Assembly: GCA_963801315.1 (NCBI GenBank)
Contig: CAWDEI010000002.1
Location: forward strand, 405,887 to 469,886
Length of the DNA: 64,000 nt
Direction of reading: 5' to 3'
From: an uncultured Acidimicrobiales bacterium
Lineage (GTDB): Bacteria > Actinomycetota > Acidimicrobiia > Acidimicrobiales > CAVXTF01
The translations under genes were made by a program, and so were the position numbers. Position 1 is the first letter of the stretch; each line of letters opens with the position of its first letter. Below the pieces are notes generated by a model. The model saw only the letters and a list, made by a program, of their open reading frames with translations. It had not been told where the DNA came from and ran no database searches. This document shows, in pieces, positions 39,371-48,180 of the stretch.

Positions 39371-40019
39371 GTGGCTAGTGAAGCCGACCTCGGTCGAGGC
39401 CGGCTCGTCGTCCTCGAAGGGATTGATGGGTGCGGCAAGTCGACCCAGGCAATGAACCTCGCCGCGATCGCTTGGAGCCGTGCTTACAGCCGAACCAGGG
39501 TCCACCCGCCTCGGAGCGGATCTCCGGGCCTTGTTGCTCGACCCGTCGAGGAGCTCGGTGTCCGTTCGCGCCGAAGCACTCCTGATGGCCGCCGACAGGG
39601 CCGAGCACGTAGCTGAGGTCCTGGAACCCGCGCTCGCCGCAGGGCGATGGGTGGTGAGCGACCGCTTCACCGCCTCGACGATCGCGTACCAGGGCTTCGG
39701 GCGCGGCTTGGACCTCGCAGGGCTGGAGCCGGTCACAGCATTCGCTGCAAGCGGTCTCGACCCGGACCTGCAAGTGCTGATCGACGTCACACTCGACGTG
39801 GCACGCCGGCGAATGAAGCCGTCAGGGACGGATCGCCTCGAGCACCTGGGCGACGACTTCTTCGAGGTCGTCCGCCGCGGCTACCTTTCGCTCGCCCGAG
39901 CGGATCCCGAACACTGGGTCGTGGTGGACGGAACGGCCGGAATCGGCGACGTCGAGGCTCAGATACTCGATGCTGTGACGACCAGGCTCGGGAAACCTCC
40001 GGAGGCGGTGCGGCTATGA
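39371..40019 (+). pseudogene. tmk: Thymidylate kinase, one frameshift as sequenced
   Basis: The P-loop part GRLVVLEGIDGCGKSTQAMNLAA is in the frame of ORF 39116..39616. The rest, SLGAVLTAEPGSTRLGADLRALLLD...VVSDRFTASTIAYQG..., is in ORF 39480..40019. The junction is near 39462-39470. Confidence 0.85.
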
Positions 40020-41116
40020 CGCAAGCCGAATTGCGCCCATCGCGCGCTCTTTTCGGCGCCGTAGCGGGACAGGACGCCGTTATAGAGCAATTGCTTGCCG
40101 CCTCCCGGAGCCCGGTTCATGCGTACCTTCTCGTCGGCGCCTCCGGGCTTCAGCAACGCGAGGTTGTCCGGGGCTTTGCCGCAGCCCTTTTGTGCCCGTC
40201 GGGCGGGTGCGGTCACTGCGATGTTTGCCGAAGGGTGCTGTCTGGAGTTCATCCTGATCTGGTCGAGATCGAGCGTGCAGGCGCGCAACTGGCCGTGGAC
40301 GACGCTCGCCGTGTCGTGCGCGTGGCTTACCGCAAACCACGCGAAGCGTCGCGCCAGGTGGTCGTTGTTCCCGATCTCCACCTCGCGCGGCTGGCTGCAC
40401 CGGTGCTCTTGAAGACGCTCGAGGAGCCGCCCACGTCGACCGTCCTCGTATTGCTCACCGAATCCGTCACCCCGGAGCTCGCCACAGTCGCGAGCCGCTG
40501 CGTGCAGCTCAATCTCTCACCGGTCCCCGAAGCGGAGCTCCGTAGGTGGCTCGAGGCGTCGGGAACGGACCAGGATGCATCTCTCAGGGCCGCGCATGCT
40601 TCGGGCGGTAGTCCGGACCGTGCGCGCCTGCTCTTGGACGACCCCACTGTCGAGCAGCGGCGCGAGCTCTGGCGGCAAGTGCCTTCGCGTCTCGACGGGA
40701 CGGGGGCGACGGTGGTCCGGCTCGCCGAGGAGTTGCTCGAGGCGTCGTCGAGCGCCGTCGAACCGCTCAGGTCTCACCACCTCGCCGAGCTCGAGGAGCT
40801 TGCTGAAAGGGCGAAGACGGCCGGCGAGAAAGGAATCCCCGGGCGTCGCGAGATCGAGGAGCGACACCGGCGCGAGGAGCGGCGCTTGCGTACCGACGAC
40901 TTGCGGGCGGGTCTAGCCGAGCTCGCTCGCGCCTACAGGGATCGAGCCGTCGAGAAGGCGAACGATCCCTCGGCGCATGCAAACGGAAGGGTCCAGGATT
41001 TCTCCGAGGCGTGCGACGTGGTGGGAGCGATCGCGGTCGAGCTCGTCCGCAACCCCAACGAGATGCTGATGCTCGAAGCCTTGTTCCTGCGGCTTTCGGC
41101 GCTGTCAGAGGCCTGA
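40016..41116 (+). CDS. holB: DNA polymerase III delta-prime subunit
   Basis: HAYLLVGASGLQQREVVRGFAAALLCPSGGCGHCDVCRRVLSGVHPDLVEI...QVVVVPDLHLARLAAPVLLKTLEEPP. The ATG overlaps the tmk stop (ATGA). Confidence 0.88.
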   Translation: MTQAELRPSRALFGAVAGQDAVIEQLLAASRSPVHAYLLVGASGLQQREVVRGFAAALLCPSGGCGHCDVCRRVLSGVHPDLVEIERAGAQLAVDDARRVVRVAYRKPREASRQVVVVPDLHLARLAAPVLLKTLEEPPTSTVLVLLTESVTPELATVASRCVQLNLSPVPEAELRRWLEASGTDQDASLRAAHASGGSPDRARLLLDDPTVEQRRELWRQVPSRLDGTGATVVRLAEELLEASSSAVEPLRSHHLAELEELAERAKTAGEKGIPGRREIEERHRREERRLRTDDLRAGLAELARAYRDRAVEKANDPSAHANGRVQDFSEACDVVGAIAVELVRNPNEMLMLEALFLRLSALSEA

Positions 41117-41138
41117 GGTTCTGAACCTCGCACGTCGA

Positions 41139-41417
41139 TCACGCGTGCGCTTTGCTCCGGAGCCGCTCCAATGTGCTCTGGACCCGCACCTCGTCTACCG
41201 GCCCGACTTCGATTTCGAGAAGCTTTCGTCGACTCGTGGCTCCGCGCAAGAGCTTCACTGATCGGCCCGGGACCTCGACGGCCCTGGCGACCGCTTTCAG
41301 TGTGGCGACCGTCGCACGCCCCGAGTCGGCAGGCTCGACCACACGGACGAGAAGGGCCCCGTCATGATCCCCGCCGACGGCCGTCTTAGACGAGCCTGGT
41401 CGAACGTGAACCTCCAC
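41139..41417 (-). CDS. DUF167 (YggU) family protein
   Basis: VEVHVRPGSSKTAVGGDHDGALLVRVVEPADSGRATVATLKAVARAVEVPGRSVKLLRGATSRRKLLEI. GTG 41417 has GGAG 8 nt upstream. The longer track ORF (to 41594) reads through a tandem repeat. Confidence 0.75.
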   Translation of the reverse strand: MEVHVRPGSSKTAVGGDHDGALLVRVVEPADSGRATVATLKAVARAVEVPGRSVKLLRGATSRRKLLEIEVGPVDEVRVQSTLERLRSKAHA

Positions 41418-41435
41418 CCGCACGTCTCCAGTCTG

Positions 41436-41480
41436 CCTGAGTGAGTAAGACCTGAGTGAGTAAGACCTGAGGGAGTAAGA
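41436..41480. repeat. 15-bp tandem repeat x3
   Basis: cctgagtgagtaaga / cctgagtgagtaaga / cctgagggagtaaga, head to tail. It sits 13-19 nt upstream of the DUF167 start in a divergent intergenic region. Confidence 0.9.
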
Positions 41481-41781
41481 ATGGTGGCAGGTCGTCGCCA
41501 CAGTCGACTTGCGCGACAATCGGAAGGTGGGATCACGGAGTCGTAAGAACCGAAAAGTGAGGCGCGCGTCCCCCGAGCACGAAAGCAAACCCACCGGTCA
41601 GGAACAGGCGCCACCGGTTATCAGCCCCGAGGGTCTCGGCGCGTGGCCTATCTCGTCGGTGTCAGGGCTGTCACCTAGCGCAATCGGCGTCTTCCCACTA
41701 CCTGTCGATTCCGCGGTTTCGACGCCCCTCGATTCGGATGCGCCGGCCGAGGGTACGATTCCTCTGCCTCTGTTTTGGGCC

Positions 41782-42180
41782 ATGAAAGACAGGAAGCATC
41801 ACCACCGACTGTTCGAACAAACAGACGCCGGTTACGTCCGCTCCGGTCTGGGCCACGACGATTCGGCGCTCTACTTCGTCGACGACGGACTTGACCATTG
41901 CATGGTCGGCCGTCTGGTCGGGCATTCTTCCGATGGGTGCGAGTACTGCCTCGTGGGTCGCATCTTGTCGTATCGCTACGATGAGCTTCGGATCGGTGAC
42001 AGGCCTGTTGCCGAGGCGTTCTCAGACGCCCGTGACATCTCCCTCTGTTGCGTGTTCAAAGAGAATCGAACATCCGACGTCATGGTTGTCCAGCACTACT
42101 CTCACGAGTCGGACGTACCGGCTGAATACCTTCCGCCGTCTCCGTTCATCGAGTTCACCGATGCCCCGACGAGCGAGTGA
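41782..42180 (+). CDS. Hypothetical Cys/His-containing protein
   Basis: MKDRKHHHRLFEQTDAGY...DHCMVGRLVGHSSDGCEYCLVGR... The start is chosen at the first ATG after a non-coding-looking 5' part of track ORF 41509..42180. Confidence 0.4.
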   Translation: MKDRKHHHRLFEQTDAGYVRSGLGHDDSALYFVDDGLDHCMVGRLVGHSSDGCEYCLVGRILSYRYDELRIGDRPVAEAFSDARDISLCCVFKENRTSDVMVVQHYSHESDVPAEYLPPSPFIEFTDAPTSE

Positions 42181-42534
42181 TCGCTACTTGCCTCCTACGC
42201 GGGACCTTCCCTGTGGGCGTGGTGGCGGGGTTCCGGCCAACAGATCCAGCCGTCCCAGAGCTGGACACGCTCCAACAGCGGTCCGTGGAGGCACCCAAGC
42301 CATCGATCCACCGGGCCGTAGTGACAGTTGACTAGGGTTTCGCCCCGTGGACAACTCTTGAATCGACGCTCTGACCGATCTCGGACGTTTTCGGCCTGGT
42401 CGTTCCGCCCATCCCAGACGGACCTCTTCTTGTCGCTAACCTGCTGGACAGCCGCTCTTGTCCCGCTTGGGCTCACTTGGGCCCATGAGGACGATAGCGG
42501 CGCCAGGGCGGACAAAATCCCTGGTAGACGGCCA

Positions 42535-42610
42535 GCCTGGGTAGCTCAGACGGTAGAGCAGCGCACTCGTAATGCGCAGGTCAGGGGTTCAAGTCCCCTC
42601 CCAGGCTCCA
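42535..42610 (+). tRNA. tRNA-Thr (anticodon CGT), CCA encoded
   Basis: Hand-folded cloverleaf: acceptor GCCTGGG/CCCAGGC, D arm GCTC-AGACGGTA-GAGC, anticodon arm GCGCA-CTCGTAA-TGCGC, variable AGGTC, T arm AGGGG-TTCAAGT-CCCCT, discriminator T, CCA. Confidence 0.93.
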
Positions 42611-42638
42611 GCTCCCAGCCCTTGTGTGCCTTTCCGAA

Positions 42639-43625
42639 CTAAGAGGCCGCGCGAATAGGTGACCATCCACCGGTCGTGGTGGTGGCCCCCGAGAGAATCG
42701 GGGTGCTTACCCAACCACCAACGACCAAGTGGAGGATGTTGACATCATGCCGCGCGCTCGATCCCGAAGTGGTAGATGCCGTCTGGGCCGCTGTAGAACC
42801 CCTGGTGACACGCCCGAAGTCAGAAAGCCACCCTCTGGGTTGTCACCGGCCCCGGATCTCTGACCGGGTGTGCTTCGAGGCAATGCTGATCCGACTCGTG
42901 ACCGGGTGCTCGTGGGTGGACGCCGAACGTCTTATCGGCAAAGCGGTGTCCGACACGACGTTGCGGGCACGCCGTGACGAGTGGGAAGAGCTGGGGGTCA
43001 TCGCCACGGTGGCAGAAGAAGCGCTTCGTTCCTACGACAAGATCGTTGGTCTCGACCTCACAGAAGCTGCGGTGGACGGCAGTGTTCACAAGGCCCCGAT
43101 GGGCGGCGAGGGCACCGGGAAAAGTCCCGTTGACCGGGGGAAATCAGGGTGGAAGTGGTCAATCTTGACCGACCGAGCCGGCATACCGATCGGCTGGTCC
43201 ACAGACGGTGCCAACCGACACGACACGGTGCTGTTTCCTTCGACCCTCGAAGAGGCCCACAAGCGTGGACTGCTTGCCGACATCGAGACCTTGCACCTCG
43301 ACCGGGGCTACGACAGTGCCGCTGTTCGCACCCTGTGCGCAGACAGCGACATCGACGACGTGGTCTGTGCGAAGAAGCGGAAGAAAGGCGTGAAATGGGG
43401 GGTGATGAACAAACCCAGGGCCGTTCCCCTCGGGATGCGATGGCCTGTCGAGCGCACCAACTCCTGGCTATCGAACTACGGCCAGCTCAGGCGCAATCCC
43501 GACCGCAAGGTGGCCCATCGACTCACCCAGCTGGCCTTGGCTGTCATCCTTCTGATCACGGCCAAGCTCATCGACTGGCGCAACCGCTGGAGTCCCGCCT
43601 AGCGCCTATCCGCGTACGCTCTTAG
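42639..43625 (+). mobile_element. IS5-family insertion sequence (about 987 bp)
   Basis: Imperfect 21-bp terminal inverted repeats CTAAGAGGCCGCGCGAATAGG (42639-42659) and the reverse complement of 43605-43625, CTAAGAGCGTACGCGGATAGG (16/21 identical), bracket a single transposase ORF. No unambiguous target-site duplication was seen. Confidence 0.75.
42676..43602 (+). CDS. IS5-family DDE transposase
   Basis: N-terminal HTH part is RPRISDRVCFEAMLIRLVTGCSWVDAE. The DDE part is AAVDGSVHKAP...LHLDRGYDSAAVRTL...RWPVERTNSWLSNYGQLRRN. Confidence 0.85.
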   Translation: MVVAPERIGVLTQPPTTKWRMLTSCRALDPEVVDAVWAAVEPLVTRPKSESHPLGCHRPRISDRVCFEAMLIRLVTGCSWVDAERLIGKAVSDTTLRARRDEWEELGVIATVAEEALRSYDKIVGLDLTEAAVDGSVHKAPMGGEGTGKSPVDRGKSGWKWSILTDRAGIPIGWSTDGANRHDTVLFPSTLEEAHKRGLLADIETLHLDRGYDSAAVRTLCADSDIDDVVCAKKRKKGVKWGVMNKPRAVPLGMRWPVERTNSWLSNYGQLRRNPDRKVAHRLTQLALAVILLITAKLIDWRNRWSPA

Positions 43626-43693
43626 GCCATGAGGCTGATTGCCGAGTTGCAGGACGAGGAGCGGCGGATGCGGGAACTGCGAGAGGCGCCGCT

Positions 43694-44884
43694 TTATGGC
43701 CTCGCCTGTCGCGAGATGAAGTCGGCCATACCGGGGATAGTGAAGGCGACCCGGCCGTGGTCCGGCGCGTAGACGAGCCCCTTCGAGATGAGCTGCGAGC
43801 GCATCGGCCCGACGCTCGAAAGTCGTCTGTTCATCCGCCTAGCGATCGCGCCGGAACTGGAGCCCGCTTCGCCATCTTCGGCCATTGTGCGGAGATACTG
43901 CTGCTCGGTCGGAGTGGCGCGGTCCCAGCGAACTCGGTAGATGCCGTCGTCAAGAGCGGTCTGGGCGCGCTGTGCCCCGAGTCGGGCATCCCAGAGTCCG
44001 ATGACGGGAGGATCTGTTGCCTCGGCCACGTTCCAGGTGTCCTGGCCGTACTGCTGTAAGAAGTACGGGTAGCCACCGGTCGCTTCAACGACTAAGTCGA
44101 CAGCAGCCGCATCCCAGTCGACGCCCTCGGCGTAGGAGGGTTGGGTGATGGCGTCTCTTGCAAGGTGCACGGGCAGCTCGTCGATCCGGGAAAAGTTGAA
44201 AAGGCGTTCCGCGTACGACTTGGCTTCAGCGAGGACTCGCGGCAAGCTCGGGAGCCCCGCAACAGCAAAGACGACCGGCCACCCGTTCTGCTCGGCGTGG
44301 TGCACCGTGCCACAGACGGCCTCGAGCTCGTCGTCGGTGAGGTCCTGGGCCTCGTCAAGGAAAAGAGCCAGTCCGACCCCCTGTTCAGCGGCGGCCCAGG
44401 ACAGATCCCGTGTGAGCTTTGTGAGGTCTGCCTCCAGCTCGCCCGAGTCGGCTCCTCCGCCTCCGGACACAGCGGACAGGTCGATGCCAAAGCTCACCTC
44501 CCCGCCCGGATGGACCACGACGCGGAAGCTCCCAAAGGTCTTCAACCCTTGCAACACCCGCTGGCCAACACTCGGTTTCCCCGCGAGGTCCGTCAGGGGT
44601 ATCCGCAGTGCATCGGCGAGCGAATCGCGAAGCGGCTTCTCGCGCGACGCTTCAACATGGGCTGTGATCCAGTCTCGGTCGAAAGCGGCCCGCCGGAACA
44701 CGTTTAGCAAGACGGTCTTGCCGACTCCGCGGAGTCCGTAGAGGCAGACCGGCTGTGCCGAACGCCCGAGCTGGATCCGCTCGACGGCGACTCGCCACGC
44801 CTCTATCTCGGCATCCCGGCCCACGAGCGCCGCTGGGGGCCGACCGGCGCCTGGCGAGTAGGGGTTCCGCACGGGGTCCATCAC
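43694..44884 (-). CDS. P-loop NTPase (archaeal-ATPase/AAA_16-like) with C-terminal winged-helix domain
   Basis: LVGRDAEIEAWRVAVERIQLGRSAQPVCLYGLRGVGKTVLLN (Walker A); GLALFLDEAQDL (Walker B). The C-terminal part is QQYLRTMAEDGEAGSSSGAIARRMNRRLSSVGPMRSQLISKGLVY (wHTH-like). Confidence 0.7.
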   Translation of the reverse strand: MMDPVRNPYSPGAGRPPAALVGRDAEIEAWRVAVERIQLGRSAQPVCLYGLRGVGKTVLLNVFRRAAFDRDWITAHVEASREKPLRDSLADALRIPLTDLAGKPSVGQRVLQGLKTFGSFRVVVHPGGEVSFGIDLSAVSGGGGADSGELEADLTKLTRDLSWAAAEQGVGLALFLDEAQDLTDDELEAVCGTVHHAEQNGWPVVFAVAGLPSLPRVLAEAKSYAERLFNFSRIDELPVHLARDAITQPSYAEGVDWDAAAVDLVVEATGGYPYFLQQYGQDTWNVAEATDPPVIGLWDARLGAQRAQTALDDGIYRVRWDRATPTEQQYLRTMAEDGEAGSSSGAIARRMNRRLSSVGPMRSQLISKGLVYAPDHGRVAFTIPGMADFISRQARP

Positions 44885-44888
44885 CAGA

Positions 44889-44934
44889 AGTATATCGAAG
44901 TGTAGGGGTATATAGGGAGTTCCTATATTCCCCT
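44889..44934 (-). promoter_or_regulatory. AT-rich -10 (TATACT) and 13-bp inverted repeat upstream of the NTPase gene
   Basis: On the minus strand TATACT (44894-44889) sits 4 nt before the GTG/ATG start, implying a leaderless transcript. The inverted repeat AGGGGTATATAGG-gagtt-CCTATATTCCCCT (44904-44934, 12/13 complementary) covers the -35 area. Confidence 0.35.
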
Positions 44935-45118
44935 ATGTTTCAGTAGAGCTGAGACGGGTGAATCGCGGGGTGGCCATTTAGTGGCGTGCCTCGCTGGGCT
45001 AGTCCCGGGGCTAGAACTGACGCCGAATCGTGACGAGCATTGAGTAGTGGTGAGAACGAAGGTGCAGGTAAGAGCCGGTACCGACGAGCGGCGACTAAGG
45101 GTGACGAGATACAGACTT

Positions 45119-45165
45119 CACTCGTAATGCGCAGGTCAGGGGTTCAAGTCCCCTCCCAGGCTCCA
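45119..45165 (+). repeat. Perfect 47-nt copy of the 3' part of tRNA-Thr (att-like direct repeat)
   Basis: cactcgtaatgcgcaggtcaggggttcaagtcccctcccaggctcca is identical to 42564-42610 (anticodon loop through CCA). Confidence 0.9.
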
Positions 45166-45411
45166 AATCGGAATTCAGTTCCTCCGGCTTTTCGGCTGGT
45201 TTCTGACTGTGAGTCAGGTGCTGCTTCGGTAGTGCCAGGGGCTGTCGGTCCCCTCAGGACTTGCTTCGAATCCGACCGAGTTCGGTGCCCTGGTTTGATC
45301 GCGAGTCCTTTGTGGGTACAGCCCGACGCAATACCGGCGGTATCACACTCTTGCTAGGAGATGGAAATGTCCTGGAAGGATTCATGTGGTTCGCGTGCAT
45401 GGTCGGTGTCC

Positions 45412-47973
45412 ATGCGTCGTGCTTTGTTCGGCCTAATTGGAGCCGCGGCTCTGATCACCGCGGTCGGCTTCAACAGCGTCGCAGCAGTCGCCGCCGGTTC
45501 GACACGAATGGCGGCACCACCCAGTAGCGCAGTTTTACGAACCGCCGTCATTAGCACCGACGTGCTCGGTGGTCTCACTTACGCGAACAATCTCGGGCCG
45601 ACTCCGGCGTCGACCTCCCTGGAGGTGGGACTTACCCTCGCCAACCCCCATGCAGCTGAGCAGAACGCCGCGTATCACGCCATCTACGACCCGAAGAGCC
45701 CGCTCTATCACCACTTCATGACAGCGGCTCAGGTGGCCATGGACTTCGGAGTTCCGAACTCGACGTTCGATAGCCTGAAGGCATGGGCCACGCGAGATGG
45801 GCTCAAGGTCGCGTTCGCCCCCAACACGAACGAGTACCTACTCTTGATCGGAACCGCCGCAACAGCAGAGCGGACGTTCTCAGTGACGTTGTCCGATTTC
45901 CGCGAAGGCGACAAGACGTTCTACGCGAACACGAATGGGCCGACGGTTCCTTCTGGCCTCGACGTAAGCGGAGTTATCGGGTTGAACAACCTTCTCGCCG
46001 CTCACACCGATCAGACCACCTGTGAAGAAAACGAGTGTGTCGGTCTCACGACACCTCAGGACCTCTGGTCGATCTACGGCCAGCCGACGAAGATCTCCAA
46101 TCCCGATGCGGACTTCGGTCAGGGCCAGACGATGGCGGTCCTGGGCGAAGGAGCCGTCTCTGGGGTTATCTCGGACCTGCGCGCATTCGAGGCCGAGCAC
46201 CACCTTCCCCAGGTCAAGATCAAGATCGATTCGGTGGGCGACGACTTTCAGGACACGTCAGGCAGCGGCGAATGGGACATCGACACTCAAGCATCAACCG
46301 GCATGTCGCCCAAGGCCCTGTACGAAGAACTGTACTTCGCTAAGGATCTCACAGATGCGTCGGTTCTGGCTGACATCAGTGCGTGGGGTTCCGACCCGCA
46401 CGGCCCGTACCAGGCGAATGCATCTTTCGGAGAGTGCGAGGAGGATCCGACAAGTCCCGTAACAGGTGGTGGCACGAGCACTCCCGAAGGCGGGGCGGCG
46501 GGCACCGCCGGTGTCGAGTTCACCACGGAATCCGAGAATGCGCTCGAGCAGGCCACCCTTCAGGGAAAGACACTCTTCTCTTCGACAGGGGACACCGGAT
46601 CATCGTGTCCGGTTGTCGACGCGGTAGTCATAGGTGCCGGCAACGGTGTTGCGAACCAGGCTTACCCCGAGACGAACTACCCGGCGTCGAGCCCGTACGT
46701 GGTTGCGGTCGGAGGGACGGTTCTCTACGGAACCGAGAGCACCAAGAAGAAGACCACGAAATCAAACGCAAAGCGCGCGGTCGAGACGGCGTGGACCTTC
46801 ACTGGAGGGGGGAATACGTTCTACATTCCCCAACCGAGTTTCCAGCAGGGGATCCCGATGCTCGACGAGCAGGACTGTCTGAGCCAGCCCGACGGCTCCC
46901 CATACTCGTCGCCGACGCCGTGTCGCGGTATTCCGGACGTTGCAGCCCAGTCGGGTGACATAGCAACCAACGGCTACGACGTGACCATGGCCGGGGTGAA
47001 CGATCAGGCGGGAGCGGGAACGAGCCTGGCGTCGCCGCTTTGGATGGGCATGTGGACGAGGGTGCAGGCGGCAGCCAAACAGAACGTCGAAGGGGACTAC
47101 ACACTCGGGTTCGCCGACCCGGTCCTCTACTCGATCGGCATGAACCCGAACGAGGACGCGAACGCGTTCTTCGACGTAGGCAACGGGACGACGACCAGCC
47201 CCGTCACTGCGAACGGCTACTACACGGCACTCCCGAGAACACCCACCGTTGACCCGAGCGGCTGGGACTATGTGTCCGGGCTTGGAAGCCCGAATGTGAC
47301 CGCTCTGGCCCAATATGCCACCGGGAACGAGACCCTCAAGCCGACCGTCAATGTACCTCCCGAGCCGCCGAAGGACTGTGGCCAGCCTGGTCTGAACTCG
47401 TGCAACGGAGGTGGCAACAGTTGTTCGGTCACCTCGGGCCTTTGGACGAATCCTCCACACACCGCGACCGACACCCTCGGCAACTCGGATCCTCAATTGT
47501 CTTTGATCCACGGGGCAATGAGCGTGAGTGCCGACGGAACTTCGCTCCGTGTTCTTCTCAATGTGTCCGATCTCTCCGAGACCGTCCCCACCGGCGCTGC
47601 CGCTGACGAGTGGTACGGGTTGTGGAGTTATAACGGGACCGAATACTTCGGGAACGCTCAGCTGACCGATGTCCCGGGCGCAACCCCGACCTTCGACGAT
47701 GGGACCGTCACCAGTACCGGCGGAGAGAACAGCTACAACACCGTCAATACCGACGACACGGGACTGTTCACCCTCGGCACGAACGGAGTCGTGGAGATCG
47801 ATGTCCCGTTGGCAAACGTTGGATCTCCGGGCGACGGAACAGTGCTCGCCTCACCTACGGGGGAAACCGATATCGAGGTCGGGGCCCCTGACGGTGGAGG
47901 GCTCCTGGAGAAGGTCGATTCGGGCGGCCCGACGTGCAACTACGACGTGGGGAGCGGGCCTGTTTCGTCCTGA
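45412..47973 (+). CDS. Secreted S53 (sedolisin/kumamolisin-like) serine peptidase with extra C-terminal domain
   Basis: Signal MRRALFGLIGAAALITAVGFNSVAAVAA. Pro-kumamolisin-like activation domain (LTLANPHAAEQNAAYHAIYDPKSPLYHHFMTAAQVAMDFG). Catalytic part with GEWDIDTQ... and AGAGTSLASPLWMGMW (Ser nucleophile motif). About 250 aa of unassigned C-terminal sequence follows. Confidence 0.82.
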   Translation: MRRALFGLIGAAALITAVGFNSVAAVAAGSTRMAAPPSSAVLRTAVISTDVLGGLTYANNLGPTPASTSLEVGLTLANPHAAEQNAAYHAIYDPKSPLYHHFMTAAQVAMDFGVPNSTFDSLKAWATRDGLKVAFAPNTNEYLLLIGTAATAERTFSVTLSDFREGDKTFYANTNGPTVPSGLDVSGVIGLNNLLAAHTDQTTCEENECVGLTTPQDLWSIYGQPTKISNPDADFGQGQTMAVLGEGAVSGVISDLRAFEAEHHLPQVKIKIDSVGDDFQDTSGSGEWDIDTQASTGMSPKALYEELYFAKDLTDASVLADISAWGSDPHGPYQANASFGECEEDPTSPVTGGGTSTPEGGAAGTAGVEFTTESENALEQATLQGKTLFSSTGDTGSSCPVVDAVVIGAGNGVANQAYPETNYPASSPYVVAVGGTVLYGTESTKKKTTKSNAKRAVETAWTFTGGGNTFYIPQPSFQQGIPMLDEQDCLSQPDGSPYSSPTPCRGIPDVAAQSGDIATNGYDVTMAGVNDQAGAGTSLASPLWMGMWTRVQAAAKQNVEGDYTLGFADPVLYSIGMNPNEDANAFFDVGNGTTTSPVTANGYYTALPRTPTVDPSGWDYVSGLGSPNVTALAQYATGNETLKPTVNVPPEPPKDCGQPGLNSCNGGGNSCSVTSGLWTNPPHTATDTLGNSDPQLSLIHGAMSVSADGTSLRVLLNVSDLSETVPTGAAADEWYGLWSYNGTEYFGNAQLTDVPGATPTFDDGTVTSTGGENSYNTVNTDDTGLFTLGTNGVVEIDVPLANVGSPGDGTVLASPTGETDIEVGAPDGGGLLEKVDSGGPTCNYDVGSGPVSS

Positions 47974-48180
47974 GATTGCGCCCAGGGACATCGAGCCCTG
48001 GCAGCCGTCTGCATCTCCCTGTCTTCCCGGTGGGGCAAGGATGGCGTCGTTCGGTGAGGCCGCTAGAGCCGGCGCCGAATCGTGACGGCCGGTGATTACT
48101 CATTGTGAGTTGTGGGTTTACGCAGTGCGTGTCAGATCGAAGATCCCGATGGCTGTATGAGCCGACGTTCGACCTAAGTG

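Noticed and set aside
42195-42515. 106-aa minus-strand ORF upstream of tRNA-Thr
   Set aside because: It has no motif, no SD and an odd composition. The region is more plausibly the tRNA promoter and leader.
42328-42642. Track ORFs spanning the tRNA or its fragments (42328..42642, 45040..45357, 48178..48408, 48188..48376)
   Set aside because: They translate straight through tRNA-Thr sequence or its copies (...VMRRSGVQVPSQAP...). The recurrence of that peptide is a by-product of the DNA repeat, not of a protein family.
43629-43772. 47-aa + strand ORF just right of the IS (MRLIAELQDEERRMRELREAPLYG...)
   Set aside because: It overlaps the 3' end of the convergent NTPase gene and has no SD. It might be a remnant of a gene truncated by the IS, but that cannot be supported.
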